Below, piece by piece: positions 13,868-27,604 of a stretch of DNA of 64,000 nucleotides. Where the stretch lies: assembly GCA_002269645.1 (NCBI GenBank), contig NIVC01001335.1, positions 124,001 to 188,000 on the forward strand. Reading direction: 5' to 3'. Source of the stretch: Macrostomum lignano (Eukaryota). Within the stretch, counting starts at the first letter, position 1. Each line of letters opens with the position of its first letter. The notes below the pieces were generated by a model. The model had not been told where the DNA came from. It was given only the letters and a program-made list of their open reading frames with translations, and did no database searches. The position numbers were made by a program, and so were the translations under genes.

Positions 13868-15710
13868 GGAGTGACTACGAGTCGGTCATTTAATGACTAA
13901 TAAGAATAGGTCATATAAAATAATAAGAATTGGTCATAAAATAACTAATAAGATTCGGTTAAAGAGTGACTAAATAAGAATCAGTCATAGAGTGGCTAAA
14001 TAAGAATCAGTCATAGAGTGGCTAAATAAGAATCGGTCATAGAGTGACTAAATAAGAATCGGTCATAGAGTGACTAAATAAGAATCAGTCATAGAGTGGC
14101 TAAATAAGAATCGGTCATAGAGTGACTAAATAAGAATCAGTCATAGAGTGACTAAATAAGAATCAGTCATAGAGTGACTAAATAAGAATCGGTCATAGAG
14201 TGACTAAATAAGAATCAGTCATAGAGTGGCTAAATAAGAATCAGTCATAGAGTGGCTAAATAAGAATCGGTCATAGAGTGACTAAATAAGAATCAGTCAT
14301 AGAGTGACTAAATAAGAATCAGTCATAGAGTGGCTAAATAAGAATCGGTCATAGAGTGACTAAATAAGAATCAGTCATAGAGTGGCTAAATAAGAATCAG
14401 TCATAGAGTGGCTAAATAAGAATCGGTCATAGAGTGACTAAATAAGAATCAGTCATAGAGTGACTAAATAAGAATCAGTCATAGAGTGGCTAAATAAGAA
14501 TCGGTCATAGAGTGACTAAATAAGAATCAGTCATAGAGTGGCTAAATAAGAATCAGTCATAGAGTGGCTAAATAAGAATCGGTCATAGAGTGACTAAATA
14601 AGAATCAGTCATAGAGTGACTAAATAAGAATCGATCATAGAGTGACTAAATAAGAATGGGTCATAGAGTGACTAAATAAGAATCAGTCATAGAGTGGCTA
14701 AATAAGAATCAGTCATAGAGTGGCTAAATAAGAATCAGTCATAGAGTGACTAAATAAGAATCAGTCATAGAGTGGCTAAATAAGAATCAGTCATAGAGTG
14801 GCTAAATAAGAATCAGTCATAGAGTGGCTAAATAAGAATCAGTCATAGAGTGGCTAAATAAGAATCAGTCATAGAGTGGCTAAATAAGAATCAGTCATGG
14901 AGTGACTAAATAAGAATCGATCATAGAGTGACTAAATAAGAATGGGTCATAGAGTGACTAAATAAGAATCAGTCATAGAGTGGCTAAATAAGAATCAGTC
15001 ATAGAGTGGCTAAATAAGAATCAGTCATAGAGTGGCTAAATAAGAATCAGTCATAGAGTGACTAAATAAGAATCAGTCATAGAGTGACTAAATAAGAATC
15101 GATCATAGAGTGGCTAAATAAGAATCAGTCATAGAGTGGCTAAATAAGAATCAGTCATAGAGTGACTAAATAAGAATCGATCATAGAGTGGCTAAATAAG
15201 AATCGATCATAGAGTGGCTAAATAAGAATCGATCATAGAGTGGCTAAATAAGAATCAGTCATAGAGTGACTAAATAAGAATCAGTCATAGAGTGGCTAAA
15301 TAAGAATCGATCATAGAGTGGCTAAATAAGAATCAGTCATAGAGTGACTAAATAAGAATCAGTCATAGAGTGACTAAATAAGAATCGATCATAGAGTGGC
15401 TAAATAAGAATCGATCATAGAGTGGCTAAATAAGAATCGATCATAGAGTGGCTAAATAAGAATCAGTCATAGAGTGACTAAATAAGAATCGATCATAGAG
15501 TGGCTAAATAAGAATCAGTCATAGAGTGACTAAATAAGAATGGGTCATAGAGTGACTAATAAGAATCGATCATAGAGTGGCTAAATAAGAATCAGTCATA
15601 GAGTGACTAAATAAGAATGGGTCATAGAGTGACTAAATAAGAATGGGTCATAGAGTGACTAATAAGAATGGGTCATAGAGTGACTAAATAAGAATGGGTC
15701 ATAGAGTGAC
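13868..15710. repeat. 26-bp minisatellite AATAAGAATCAGTCATAGAGTGRCTA
   Basis: About 68 copies, with degenerate copies at the left edge. Confidence 0.97.
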
Positions 15711-16361
15711 AAAGATTGAGCCGCAAGACCTGGTCAAAGTAAGTCACTCAAACAGGCAGGCAGTTCTGCAGTCCTACAAGAGGCGACCCACACCAGCTCG
15801 CAGAGCCCTTTGTAGCCCAGCGTCACGCGGCTCCGACCCCGTGAGGGATGAGCTGATAAATCTAATTAAGTCCCGGGCGGGCCTGCAGTCTGATTGATTG
15901 GCGGAGGCACCCAACGGGAATAAATACTTTGTTCGAATGAAATTGTTTCAAAAATCTTATTTTTTGAGTATAGCTATCAATGGACTCCAAACAGGGGAAG
16001 GGTGCCACTGGCTGAGTCTGTCAGACTGAATTGTGAGCTGGCGTTGGTGGAAACTGCGAAACAGTTGTTCGAGAGTGACATCCGAGAGGAGCTCTGGGAA
16101 GAATTAGCGATGCCAGGGGAAATTGAGATCCAATTGCGGCAGAAAACTCTCAGAAGCCCTGGCTTTGTGTGGGGGGATTCGAAACACAAAAATCCTTGAG
16201 CAGCTGTCAGAAGCGGCTGGGGCCCCCGCGACCCAGGGCCTCCTCCGCCCTCCCTCCCGCCTCTTTCCCTCTGGGGCCTCAGCCAAGGAGACCCAAGAGC
16301 CAAAATCTGGAGTCCAAATCCAATCTTAAATGCATTAGCTAAATTTAAATAGCTAATGCAG

Positions 16362-17580
16362 CTAACCCAAACCCAAACCCAAACCCGAACCCAAACCCAA
16401 ACCCAAACCCAAACCCAAACCCGAACCCAAACCCAAACCCGAACCCAAACCCAAACCCGAACCCAAACCCGAACCCAGACCCGAACCCAAACCCAAACCC
16501 AAACCCGAACCCAAACCCAAACCCGAACCCAAACCCAAACCCGAACCCAAACCCAAACACGAACCCAAATCCGAACCCGAACCCAAACCCAAACCCAAGC
16601 CCGAACCCGAACCCAAACCCAAACCCGAACCCAAACCCGAACCCAGACCCAAACCCAAACCCAAACCCAAACCCGAACCCGAACCCAAGCCCAAACCCGA
16701 ACCCAAACCCAAACTCAAACCCAAACTCAAACCCAAACCCAAACCCGAACCCAAACCCAAACCCAAACCCAAACCCAAACCCAAACCCGAACCCAAACCC
16801 GAACCCAGACCCAAACCCAAACCCAAACCCAAACCCGAACCCAAACCCAAACCCGAACCCAAACCCAAACCCGAACCCAAACCCAAACACGAACCCAAAT
16901 CCGAACCCGAACCCAAACCCAAACCCAAGCCCGAACCCGAACCCAAACCCAAACCCAAACCCAAACCCGAACCCGAACCCAAACCCAAACCCAAACCCAA
17001 ACTCAAACCCAAACCCAAACCCGAACCCAAACCCAAACCCAAACCCAAACCCAAACCCAAACCCAAACCCAAACCCAAACCCAAACCCAAACCCGAACCC
17101 GAACCCAAACCCAAACCCAAACCCAAACCCAAACCCAAACCCAAACCCAAACCCGAACCCGAACCCAAACCCAAACCCAAACCCAAACTCAAACCCAAAC
17201 CCAAACCCGAACCCAAACCCAAACCCAAACCCAAACCCAAACCCAAACCCAAACCCAAACCCAAACCCAAACCCAAACCCGAACCCGAACCCAAACCCAA
17301 ACCCAAACCCAAACCCAAACCCAAACCCAAACCCAAACCCAAACCCAAACCCAAACCCAAACCCAAACCCAAACCCAAACCCGAACCCGAACCCAAACCC
17401 AAACCCAAACCCAAACCCAAACCCAAACCCAAACCCGAACCCAAACCCGAACCCAAACCCAAACCCAAACCCAAACTCAAACCCAAACCCAAACCCGAAC
17501 CCAAACCCAAACCCAAACCCAAACCCAAACCCAAACCCAAACCCGAACCCGAACCCAAACCCAAACCCAATCCCAAACCC
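16362..17580. repeat. Telomere-variant hexamer array (AAACCC/GAACCC)n
   Basis: About 200 hexamers; an internal 330-bp block duplication (AAACAC marker ending at 16560 and 16890). Confidence 0.97.
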
Positions 17581-18216
17581 ATTTGGAATTTGGAAGTCGG
17601 GAGGCTGAGGAGGCTGAGTAGAAGCTTGAGATTTCGGCTACTCCAGATTCTGCTTCAAGTCGCACTCCCTGACCGCTTGGCTATCAAGTGAAACTCAAAA
17701 CTTCAGTCTCAGCCCCCCTCCACAGCTGCCAGTGCCGCCAGCTCAGCTGCCCGGGCGCTCCATCAAATCCGACAGTGACAAATTGCATGAGTTGCGTCAT
17801 CGCTAGTTGCAGACTCTCAGGGAGAAAGAATTGTCTTCAACTGTTAGGAATAATTTTGTGCAGTTGGTGATTCCTTAATCCATTTCTGCAACTCCATGTC
17901 TGAATTCTATTCACTCTGATAGCATCCGATAAAATGCTGACTGACTCATGCTCTGCTCCGCTGAGGTGTCCGGGTTGCACCTCTCATAAGCCAAACTGTC
18001 AGCTCTCAGTGTGCTGAGCTTGAAATGCAGCACCCCAATCCTTGATATTGAGCTGGGGGTGCAGCGCGGTGACTGGGGCAGTTAATCCCATTAGCTGAAG
18101 TTGAACACGGATTAGCCTAGCTCTGCGGGTACTGGACACTGTTGCTCGGATGCGGCAGAATATTGATAAAAGTTAATGCTGTTTATGGCTAAAATGTGCA
18201 AGTTTAGGGTAGACAC

Positions 18217-18308
<92 letters not shown>
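18217..18308. repeat. (GATA)n microsatellite
   Basis: About 23 units. Confidence 0.97.
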
Positions 18309-19837
18309 CATGACCCACACAGCAGCAGCTGGCCGTGGCAGCAGACTCTCAGTCTTAAATCCTCACTCATAACGAATTAGAAAAATGGTTATGAAAAGCT
18401 GCTTTCTGACACGCCTCCCAGCATCTCTGCCCCACTGCAGACTCAGCCTCATCAGGCAGACACAGACGATCAGCTCAGGCCCGCACCAACCCCAAGTGTA
18501 TCTGGTGGCACTTTCCATGAAACTCCCCCTTGGCCTCTCCATCAGACTGGGGCACGCGGATGCGATTCTTTGTTCCATTGAAAAAGCACGGGCAGCCACG
18601 CCCGCTGACACCCTGCAAGTTTTTTACGCTGAAAAAAAATGAAAGAAAAATGCAGAAGACAGCAGGCCTCTAGCTTTGCTGGCCTGTTGAAAAATTATAG
18701 AATAGAATTTGCAACTAAAAGCAGCAGACTCATTGGGTGTGAAGAGGTGGCAGAATTTGAAGATTTTCTTTACCGTCAGCTACCCCTGTCCGCTTGTGCT
18801 GGTGGTTTTCGTGTGTCTGCAGACAAAATGTCACAATTACAGCAGCAGGAAATCTTCCTCTCTCGTTTCCATTTGCAGAAGAAGTGAATTCTCGTTTCAA
18901 TACAATGGGAAAGCCATTTCCTGAGCAGCAATGCGACGGGTTCTCAAAATTTCATCCGTTTCTCTTTTCTCTCTCTCAGCCTTGAGCACCTTCTCACTCA
19001 TCTCATCGCTGCATGCTGCAGATCTGCTCGCCTCCTTGTCAAATTGCAGTTGCCAGCGCCCGCCCGATTCTCAGGGGACCCGTCAGCCCGGGGATCCGCA
19101 TCCACACACTCACACGCTTAATAATGAGTTTCTTGCAGACCGCGAGTCCGCTAGCCTGGTTGCCAGGCAGGGTATTGGGGCAGAGATGAAAAGCAAAGTT
19201 GCGGGAGAAACAGGGGGGGGGGGACAAGGCAAAGCAGCAGAGGATTTAGAAGTGATAGAGTGGCCTTGGGTGCTCAATCAACTAAATGGATGGACTCAAG
19301 CCATCTTGTTAATTCCCCCTCTCCCTGTGCTCAGCCCAGATCTGTCTGCAACTTCACCTTCTATTTTATATTTGCTCAAAGTGTAGTTTGAGCAGAACAG
19401 GGCGAGTCGAAAAGTTTTCCCAGATATCCGGGATATGCATCATCAAGATTCTCCAAAGTGGATCTCAAACACGGGCATACGCTAAGCCAACACAGCCCGG
19501 CCTTGATAGCAATAATGGCTTGGAGATGGCGAGAGGCGCAACTGGCCTTTCATCCTTGCCGACCGCGCCGCCCCAAGCCGCTTGGGCTTGTAAAATTGTT
19601 TTATTAGGGCCAGCCGGAGCAATTAAGTGCTTGAGCTACAGGGGATCAGTGAGTCGGAATAGTGAGACGCAACTCTGGTACCCTCATGTGGCCGACTGTA
19701 CTGGTCCTGGCTTCTGTCTGGCCGCAGCTGTCTGCGTTTCCTTTTCCCTGCTGAAATCCCCTCTCATCCCCGTCTGACCCCTGCTTCAGCATCTCTGATC
19801 TCCCTCTCCTTACCCCCCACCTACTGTCTACATCGCC

Positions 19838-20362
19838 CTTTGATTTATCTCCTCTCCCCATTGATCTATCCCCTCTCCCTATAGATCTATCTCCTCTCTC
19901 ACATTGATCTATCCCTTCTCTCACATTGATCTATCCCCTCTCTATGCTGATCTATCCTCTCTCCCCATTGATCTATCCCCTCTCCCTATAGATCTATCCC
20001 CTCTCTATGCTGATCTATCCTCTCTCCCCATTGATCTATCCCTTCTCCCCACTGATCTATCCCCTCTCCCTATAGATCTATCCCCTCTCTATGCTGATCT
20101 ATCCTCTCTCCCCATTGATCTATCCCCTCTCCCTATAGATCTATCCCCTCTCTCACATTGATCTATCCCCTCTCTATGCTGATCTATCCTCTCTCCCCAT
20201 TGATCTATCCCCTCTCCCTATAGATCTATTCCCTCTCTATGCTGATCTATCCTCTCTCCCCATTGATCTATCCCTTCTCCCTATAGATCTATCCCCTCTC
20301 TCACATTGATCTATCCCCTCTCTATGCTGATCTATCCTCTCCCCATTGATCTATCCCCTCTA
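19838..20362. repeat. 21-bp minisatellite with TGATCTATCCCCTCTC core
   Basis: Directly visible. Confidence 0.93.
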
Positions 20363-20954
20363 GCTCTTTTCCGTTCACTTCACAAGCCATCTCGGAACCA
20401 GCTCAACTTCTCTAACAAATTTCTCACCTCAAAGCGCCTCATTGTTTTCTAACCTTCACTCTACATCTCACGTGTCACCCCCATCTCTCGCAGCCAGTTT
20501 CGCAGACCCAGCCCACGCACAAGAAGGCCCGCACTGCAAGCGGTGTTTTTCAGCCGAGTTCGATAAAGCAACTCGATGCATCAGAGAGCAAACATAACAG
20601 GCTTGGAGTGGTTGCAGAGCGCACACACAGCGGAGCAAACTGATAAACCTGGCAGGCAACCCCTCCAACACGAATACTGAGCAAACAGTCAAGTTTTAAC
20701 CGCAATTAGTTTGCTTAGCAACTCAGGCCCGCTTCGAGCATAGAAAGTATTGGATGGCAAATTTACTAGACGTGTAATGATTTCAGAGGCCAATAGCAAT
20801 TCCTGTCTGGCAGTAGCGACAGTTAATCTGGAGTGTCCAGGGAGAAGTCCGTTTCTCTCAGAGAGTCAAAGTTCAGAGACTAATGTGGATATCATGGGCG
20901 ATAGTTATTAATATTGTCACAGATCTCCGGGAAGCGAGTCAATGATAAGTTATC

Positions 20955-21760
20955 ATTGGAGAGAGTCAGACTGCGGTCATAGATGATCTCATTGGAGAGT
21001 CAGACTGCGGTCATAGATGATCTCATTAGAGAGTCAGAGTGCGGTCATAAATGATCTCATTGGAGAGAGTCAGAGTGCGGTCATAAATGATCTCATTGGA
21101 GAGAGTCAGAGTGCGGTCATAGAGATCTTGTTGGAGAGTCAGACTGCGGTCATAGATGATCTCATTGGAGAGAGTCAGACTGCATAGATGATCTCATTGG
21201 AGAGAGTCAGACTGCGGTCATAGATGATCTCATTTGAGAGTTAGAGTGCAGTCATAGAGATCTCATTGGAGAGTCAGACTGCGGTCATAGATGATCTCGT
21301 TGGAGAGTCAGACTGCGGTCATAGATGATCTCATTGGAGAGAGTCAGACTACGGTCATAGATAATCTCATTTGCGTGTCAGAGTGCGGTCATAGAGATCT
21401 CATTGGAGAGAGTCAGACTGCGGTCATAGATGATCTCATTGGAGAGAGTCAGACTGCGGTCATAGATGATCTCATTGGAGAGAGTCAGACTGCGGTCATA
21501 GATGATCTCATTGGAGAGAGTCAGACTGCGGTCATAGATGATCTCATTGGAGAGAGTCAGACTGCGGTCATAGATGATCTCATTGGAGAGAGTCAGACTG
21601 CGGTCATAGATGATCTCATTGGAGAGAGTCAGACTGCGGTCATAGATGATCTCATTGGAGAGTCAGACTGCGGTCATAGATGATCTCATTGGAGAGAGTC
21701 AGACTGCGGTCATAGATGATCTCATTGGAGAGAGTCAGACTGCGGTCATGATGATCTCAT
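20955..21760. repeat. 36-bp minisatellite GAGAGTCAGACTGCGGTCATAGATGATCTCATTGGA
   Basis: Directly visible; produces a 12-aa periodic pseudo-ORF. Confidence 0.95.
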
Positions 21761-22489
21761 GAGATGAAGATTCGAGTTGCTTGGCAAGCACAGTTGCCAG
21801 GTGACCGGGGCCTGACAATTGCCATTGCTATTCATTAAAATCTAACTCTAAAAAAACTAAAGTTGAATAGCAAATAGGATCTCCTAAAAAGCAAGATCTT
21901 GTGTTTTTTCTTCAAACCCAAGGGCTTATAGAAATTAATGATGTCGTCCATGGCACCCCAATTTCGGAGTTGAAGAGGCCAGACTTTGGGACACAGCTGT
22001 CTCACTGACTGATAGTTGGCTGAATGCTAAAAGTCAGTATGAAAAAAATCTACTTGCAAGGAACAAAGACAATGGACTATGTTGTGCTGTGGTTGAAAAC
22101 GGGGACTCCCAGGTTCATAATGAGAGCATTAACCATTGTGTGGCTGTTGGCCATGAATAGAAGAGTCTTGGACACTTGACAAAAACTTAGATATTCATGT
22201 GAATTGCGTCATACATTTGCACAGCATAGCTGGTGTTCAAGCACCTGATTGCTTAGAAATGATATCCAATTATTAGAATGCTTGTTAACAATACGGGGGT
22301 GGCAATTTTTTACTGCATTGTCTACATGTAGGAATGGATACATCAGACGGAGCAGAGAAGATTGACAGGTGGCTCAGAAAATCTGTTTTTTGCTGTACAG
22401 ATATTTTTTGTTGCCAATCGGTTGTTAAAGTCGTCACAGATAATGAGAGCGAGCGTCCTCTGGGATTTAAATCCGTATGGAGTGATACA

Positions 22490-22712
22490 GTACCTGTAAG
22501 GGGTCATACCTAACCTGTGAGGGGTCATACCTAACCTGTAAGGGGTCATACCTAACCTGTGAGGGGTCATATCTAACCTGTAAGGGGTCATACCTAACCT
22601 GTGAGGGGTCATACCTAAACTGTAAGGGGTCATACCTAACCTGTGAGGGGTCATACCTAAACTGTAAGGGGTCATACCTAAACTGTAAGGGGTCATACCT
22701 AACCTGTAAGGG
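22490..22712. repeat. 21-bp minisatellite with AGGGGTCATACCTAACCTGT core
   Basis: About 10 copies. Confidence 0.93.
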
Positions 22713-23267
22713 GTAATATCTGCAAGGGCTATCTGCAACATGCCGCTAAGCGTCACAACTAGTTCGGTCATAGGTCATAATTGCAGAGGCCATAATTAGT
22801 GACGAATACGAAATCGATAAACTCTCGCTTATCACTTCACTGACAGTCACACTTTCAACAATGCAACAGGCAATAAATTAATATTCTAGATGTGCAAATA
22901 ACTGCAAATTCACCAGGTCCAACCAACTTCCCTAATTACCCAGCCCCGATCCCATCAAACTCCTGACTCCGGCTTCCCGCTGCGCCCGCGAGCCCAAAAA
23001 CAGTTTTCCAGCCAGAGATCCCGGAGGCCACTCTCGGGAATTTCGCCGCGGTTGTTGCGTCATCAGCTAAGAAAACACGGGGCCCGCTGTGTTGGGGGCT
23101 CAGATACTGATCTCTGGGGGGGGGGGGGCGCTGGCCCAGCTCCCACTTGCCTTTGGGACCCAAAGATGGGGAAAATCATTTATTGGGGTAAAATGAAGAA
23201 AAAACTGGGCGCCTTTTATATCTTGGAGCTTAAGTTTCAAATTCGAGGTTTTTCAATTCTATTTTGC

Positions 23268-24140
23268 ACAATTTCCCACTCTACTTCTATGGGATATCCC
23301 ACACCACTTCTATGGGATTTCCCACTCTACTTCTATGGGATTTCCCACTCCACTTCTATTGGATTTCCCACTCCACTTCTATTGGATTTCCCACTCCACT
23401 TCTATGGGATTTCCCACTCTACTTTTATGGGATTTCCCACTCTACTTCTATGGGATTTCCCACTCCACTTCTATTGGATTTCCCACTCTACTTTTATGTG
23501 ATTTCCCACTCTACTTCTATGGGATTTTCCACTCCACTTCTATTGGATTTCCCACTCAACTTCTATGGTATTTCCCACTCTACTTCTATGCAATTTTCCA
23601 CTCTACCTTTAAGGGAATTCCCACTCTACTTCTATGCGATTTCCCACTCTACCTTTAAGGGAATTCCCACTCTACTTCTATGGGATATCCCACTCTACTT
23701 TTATGGAATTTCCCACTCCACTTCTATAGGATTTCCCACTCCACTTTTATGGGATTTCCCACTCTTTTTCTATGCGATTTTCCACTCTACCTTTAAGGGA
23801 ATTCCCACTCTACTTTTATGGGATTTCCCACTCTACTTCTGTAGGATTTCCCACTTCACTTCTATGGGGTTTCTCACTCTACTTCTGAAGGATTTCCCAC
23901 TCTATTTCTATGGGCTTTCTTAGTCCACTTCTATAGGATTTCCCTCTCCAATTCTAAGGGATTTCCCACTGTACTTCTATGGGATTTCCCACTCTACTTT
24001 TATCGGATTTCCCATTCTACTTCTATTTGAATTCCAACTCTACTTCTATTTGAATTCCCGCTCGACTTCTATGGGATTTCCCAGTCTACTTCTCTGGATT
24101 TACCACACTCTAATTCAATGGGATTTCACACTCTACTTCA
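23268..24140. repeat. 23-bp minisatellite ATGGGATTTCCCACTCTACTTCT
   Basis: About 37 diverged copies. Confidence 0.93.
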
Positions 24141-24661
24141 TCATTCTTGGCATTCATTATTATGCATAGTAAATTCTTGTCTCGTGAGCTCCAATAAAAG
24201 TACTCAAAAGTCCGTGCCTTCCGACCAAAAGCCAACAGAAAAAGTTTTTACTCGAACTCCATAGGCTGATTAATCGCTCTTTTTTCCTCCTCTTTTTGTG
24301 TTTTGTTTCAGCGACCGGCAATGATTGATGCCCAGTCGCCGGGGGCTCCTACAGCCTCCGCCGAATCCCCAAAGAGCTGTTTGCCAGGTGTCAATAAGCG
24401 AGCTTTCGCATTAATGAGACTGGCAGCTTCCCCCGTACGACATCAACTATCACTCTCTCTCTCCCGGTCTCTCCCTGCTGACTGTCCCCGCCGCTTTCGC
24501 CAGAACTGCCTCCCGTTTCCCTACCGCTGCCAGAAAATTGACGGGCTTTTTTCTGGTCTGTCTTCTTTCTCGTACCTGCTGATTCCGGGATCCGCTGTGC
24601 TTCTCTTAATCCGTAATCCACTCAAGCCACTGAATCAAATCATGATTAATCCATTCTCGCC

Positions 24662-24945
24662 GGTCTACCCATCCCTCCCACCTGTCTACCCATCCCTCCG
24701 ACCTGTCTACTCATCCCTCCCACCTGTCTACTCATCCCTCCGACCTGTCTACTCATCCCTCCCACCTGTCTACCCATCCCTCCGACCTGTCTACCTATCC
24801 CTCTCACCTGTCTACCTACTGTCTCCCACCTCTCACTTATCTACATATCCCCCCACCTCTCTACCTACCCCCCATCTGTCTACCTATCCCTCCCACCTGT
24901 CTACCTATCCCTCCCACCTGTCTATACCTATCCCTCTCACTTGTC
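24662..24945. repeat. 21-bp C/T-rich minisatellite with CCTGTCTACCCATCCCTCC core
   Basis: Directly visible. Confidence 0.85.
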
Positions 24946-24956
24946 CGCCTATTTTT

Positions 24957-25410
24957 CTATGACCCCTCCCAGCTATGACCCATTGCAGCTATGACCCCTC
25001 GCATCTATGACCCCTCGCATCTATGACCCCTCGCAGTTATGACCCCTCGCATCTATGACCCCTCGCATCTATGACCCCTCGCAGCTATGACCCCTCGCAT
25101 CTATGACCCCTCGCAGTTATGACCCCTCGCAGCTATGACCCCTCGCAGCTATGACCCCTCGCAGCTATGACCCCTCGCAGCTATGACCCCTCGCATCTAT
25201 GACCCCTCGCATCTATGACCCCTCGCAGCTATGACCCCTCGCATCTATGACCCCTCGCAGCTATGACCCCTCGCAGTTATGACCCCTCGCAGCTATGACC
25301 CCTCGCAGCTATGACCCCTCGCATCTATGACCCCTCGCAGCTATGACCCCTCGCAGTTATGACCCCTCGCAGCTATGACCCCTCGCAGCTATGACCCCTC
25401 GCATCTATGA
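24957..25410. repeat. 16-bp minisatellite CTATGACCCCTCGCAG
   Basis: About 28 copies. Confidence 0.95.
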
Positions 25411-25877
25411 ACAAAAGCCCGTGGCACAGCTGTCTCAGACACAGAGAGGCTGACCCACTCAACTCTCGAAGCCACAAGGCTCTCTTAAGCTGGCTTATCG
25501 CCTTTCTAAGAAAAACCACACAACCCATATCGCTGCAGAGCTGGCGTTAAACCGCCGCCTTTGTGTCCGCGAGTTCCAGAGAAAAAATCCAATCAGGCAT
25601 TCTCTGCATTCCCCATTCAATCACGCGGTAACTGAGATAACTTCAAATAATTTGACCTCCCTAAGTTTATCTCTGGGTCCATCTATGCGGCATGCAGTGA
25701 CCTCACCGCCTCCATCTCTCTTATCTCTCTCTGTTCATCCGGACTTGAGCTCCGTCATGGAGTTCAAAAATGAACCGCCATCTGGATTGGAGCTGAGCTG
25801 GCTCAGAATTGAGGAATTGAGGAAGTCCCAGATTGGATTAAGTCCCAGGTTGAGGGGGTCCCATACTGAATAATTGC

Positions 25878-26730
25878 CTGATTGAGGATGTCCCAGATTG
25901 AGGAAGTCACAGATTGAGGAAGTCACAGATTGAACAAGTCCCAGATTGAGGAAGTCCCAGATTGAACAAGTCCCAGATTGAGGATGTCCCAGATTGAGGA
26001 AGTCCCAGATTGAGGAAGTAACAGATTGAACAAGTCCCAGATTGAGGATGTCCCAGATTGAACAAGTCCCAGATTGAACAAGTCCCAGATTGAACAAGTC
26101 CCAGATTGAACAAGTCCCAGATTGAACAAGTCCAAGATTGAGGATGTCCCAGATTGAGGATGTCCAAGTCCCAGATTGAGGAAGTCCCAGATTGAACAAG
26201 TCCCAGATTGAGGAAGTCACAGATTGAACAAGTCCCAGATTGAGGATGTCCCAGATTGAGGAAGTCCCAGATTGAGGAAGTAACAGATTGAACAAGTCCC
26301 AGATTGAGGAAGTCACAGATTGAACAAGTCCCAGATTGAACAAGTCCCAGATTGAACAAGTCCCAGATTGAACAAGTCCAAGATTGAGGAAGTCCCAGAT
26401 TGAGGATGTCCAAGTCCCAGATTGAGGAAGTCCCAGATTGAACAAGTCCCAGATTGAACAAGTCCCAGATTGAACAAGTCCCAGATTGAACAAGTCCCAG
26501 ATTGAACAAGTCCCAGATTGAGGATGTCCAAGTCACAGATTGAGGAAGTCCCAGATTGAGGATATCCCAGATTGAGGATGTCGCAGATTGAGGAAGTCCC
26601 AGATTGAGGAAGTTCCAGATTGAGGAAGTCCCAGATTGAGGAAGTCCCAGATTGAGGAAGTCCCAAATTGAGGAAGTTCCAGATTAAGGATATCCCAGAT
26701 TGAGGAAGTCCCAGATTGAGGAAGTCCCCG
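25878..26730. repeat. 16-bp minisatellite GATTGAGGAAGTCCCA / GATTGAACAAGTCCCA
   Basis: Directly visible. Confidence 0.95.
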
Positions 26731-27604
26731 ATAGGATAAGTATTAATGAAGTCCGGACACTTCCGGACATTGGCGTGAAAACTGCTGGGAACCAGATGAG
26801 TGGCTTTTAGGACAGAGCTGCATCAGCTCCCCAGCGTCCTCTCCAGACACCGGATTCTGAAACTCCATGGCTGCACCCGCTAGTCGCTGAGTGCCGCCGC
26901 CTCACACACAGGGAGAAGTCGAGCTGCCAAACCCCGACACTTATTCTCCCTTATCCGTCAAGCACGACCCTTTCAACCCCGCGTCGCGCGCTCCCCAGCA
27001 TCCGAGATTCTTCATCCGGGTAAAGACAGGAAAAGGAAATTCGGCCGCGCCCGAGAGCTGAGCGATTGCGCAATCGAGACGGGGAGGGAAGTGGAAAAGG
27101 CTGAGCGTTTTATCCTTCACCCGAGCTAATTCGAAGGCCCAGCTCAGAGAAGATTGAAGTGGGGAGCCGCGGCGCTACTATGGAGAGCCTCAGCCGGTGC
27201 CGCCGGGAGCGGCGGGGAAATTGAGTTTAAGAAGACGAAGATTGAGGAGACGCGGGAGCCGGGGCTGGAAATCTGGACGATTTAAACAAATTAGGAAACG
27301 ACGCCTCTGTTGCAGAGATTGCTGCTGGCTGAAGCCTTCCGGAGGCTTTTAAAAATGCTGCAATTCTGGCAGTTTTGTGCGAGTCTCAAGCCGGAGCCGC
27401 TGTACACCCTACGTGGGCTTTAGTGCAGAGAATTCAACGGATTCTGACACTGCATAAAAAAACGATTTTATAAGAAACTTTTAGACGAAACTTTTATACG
27501 AAGATTTTACTCGTAGCTACTGAACGAAATTGGATAGTAGAAAAGATAGTAAATTGCTGGATAATTTTAGGACAGGTAGACCAAAGATCATAAACTTTTT
27601 TACT

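Noticed and set aside
16362-17580. True telomere or canonical interstitial telomere
   Set aside because: Units are AAACCC/GAACCC, with only one canonical TAACCC seen, and there is unique sequence on both sides.
16345-17621. QT-, GL- and FG-dipeptide ORFs of 181-421 aa
   Set aside because: Hexamer-repeat artefacts open in multiple frames on both strands.
18385-18887. Adjacent 82-85 aa ORFs as a gene fragment
   Set aside because: No recognisable motif, no GC3 bias and no convincing splice signals.
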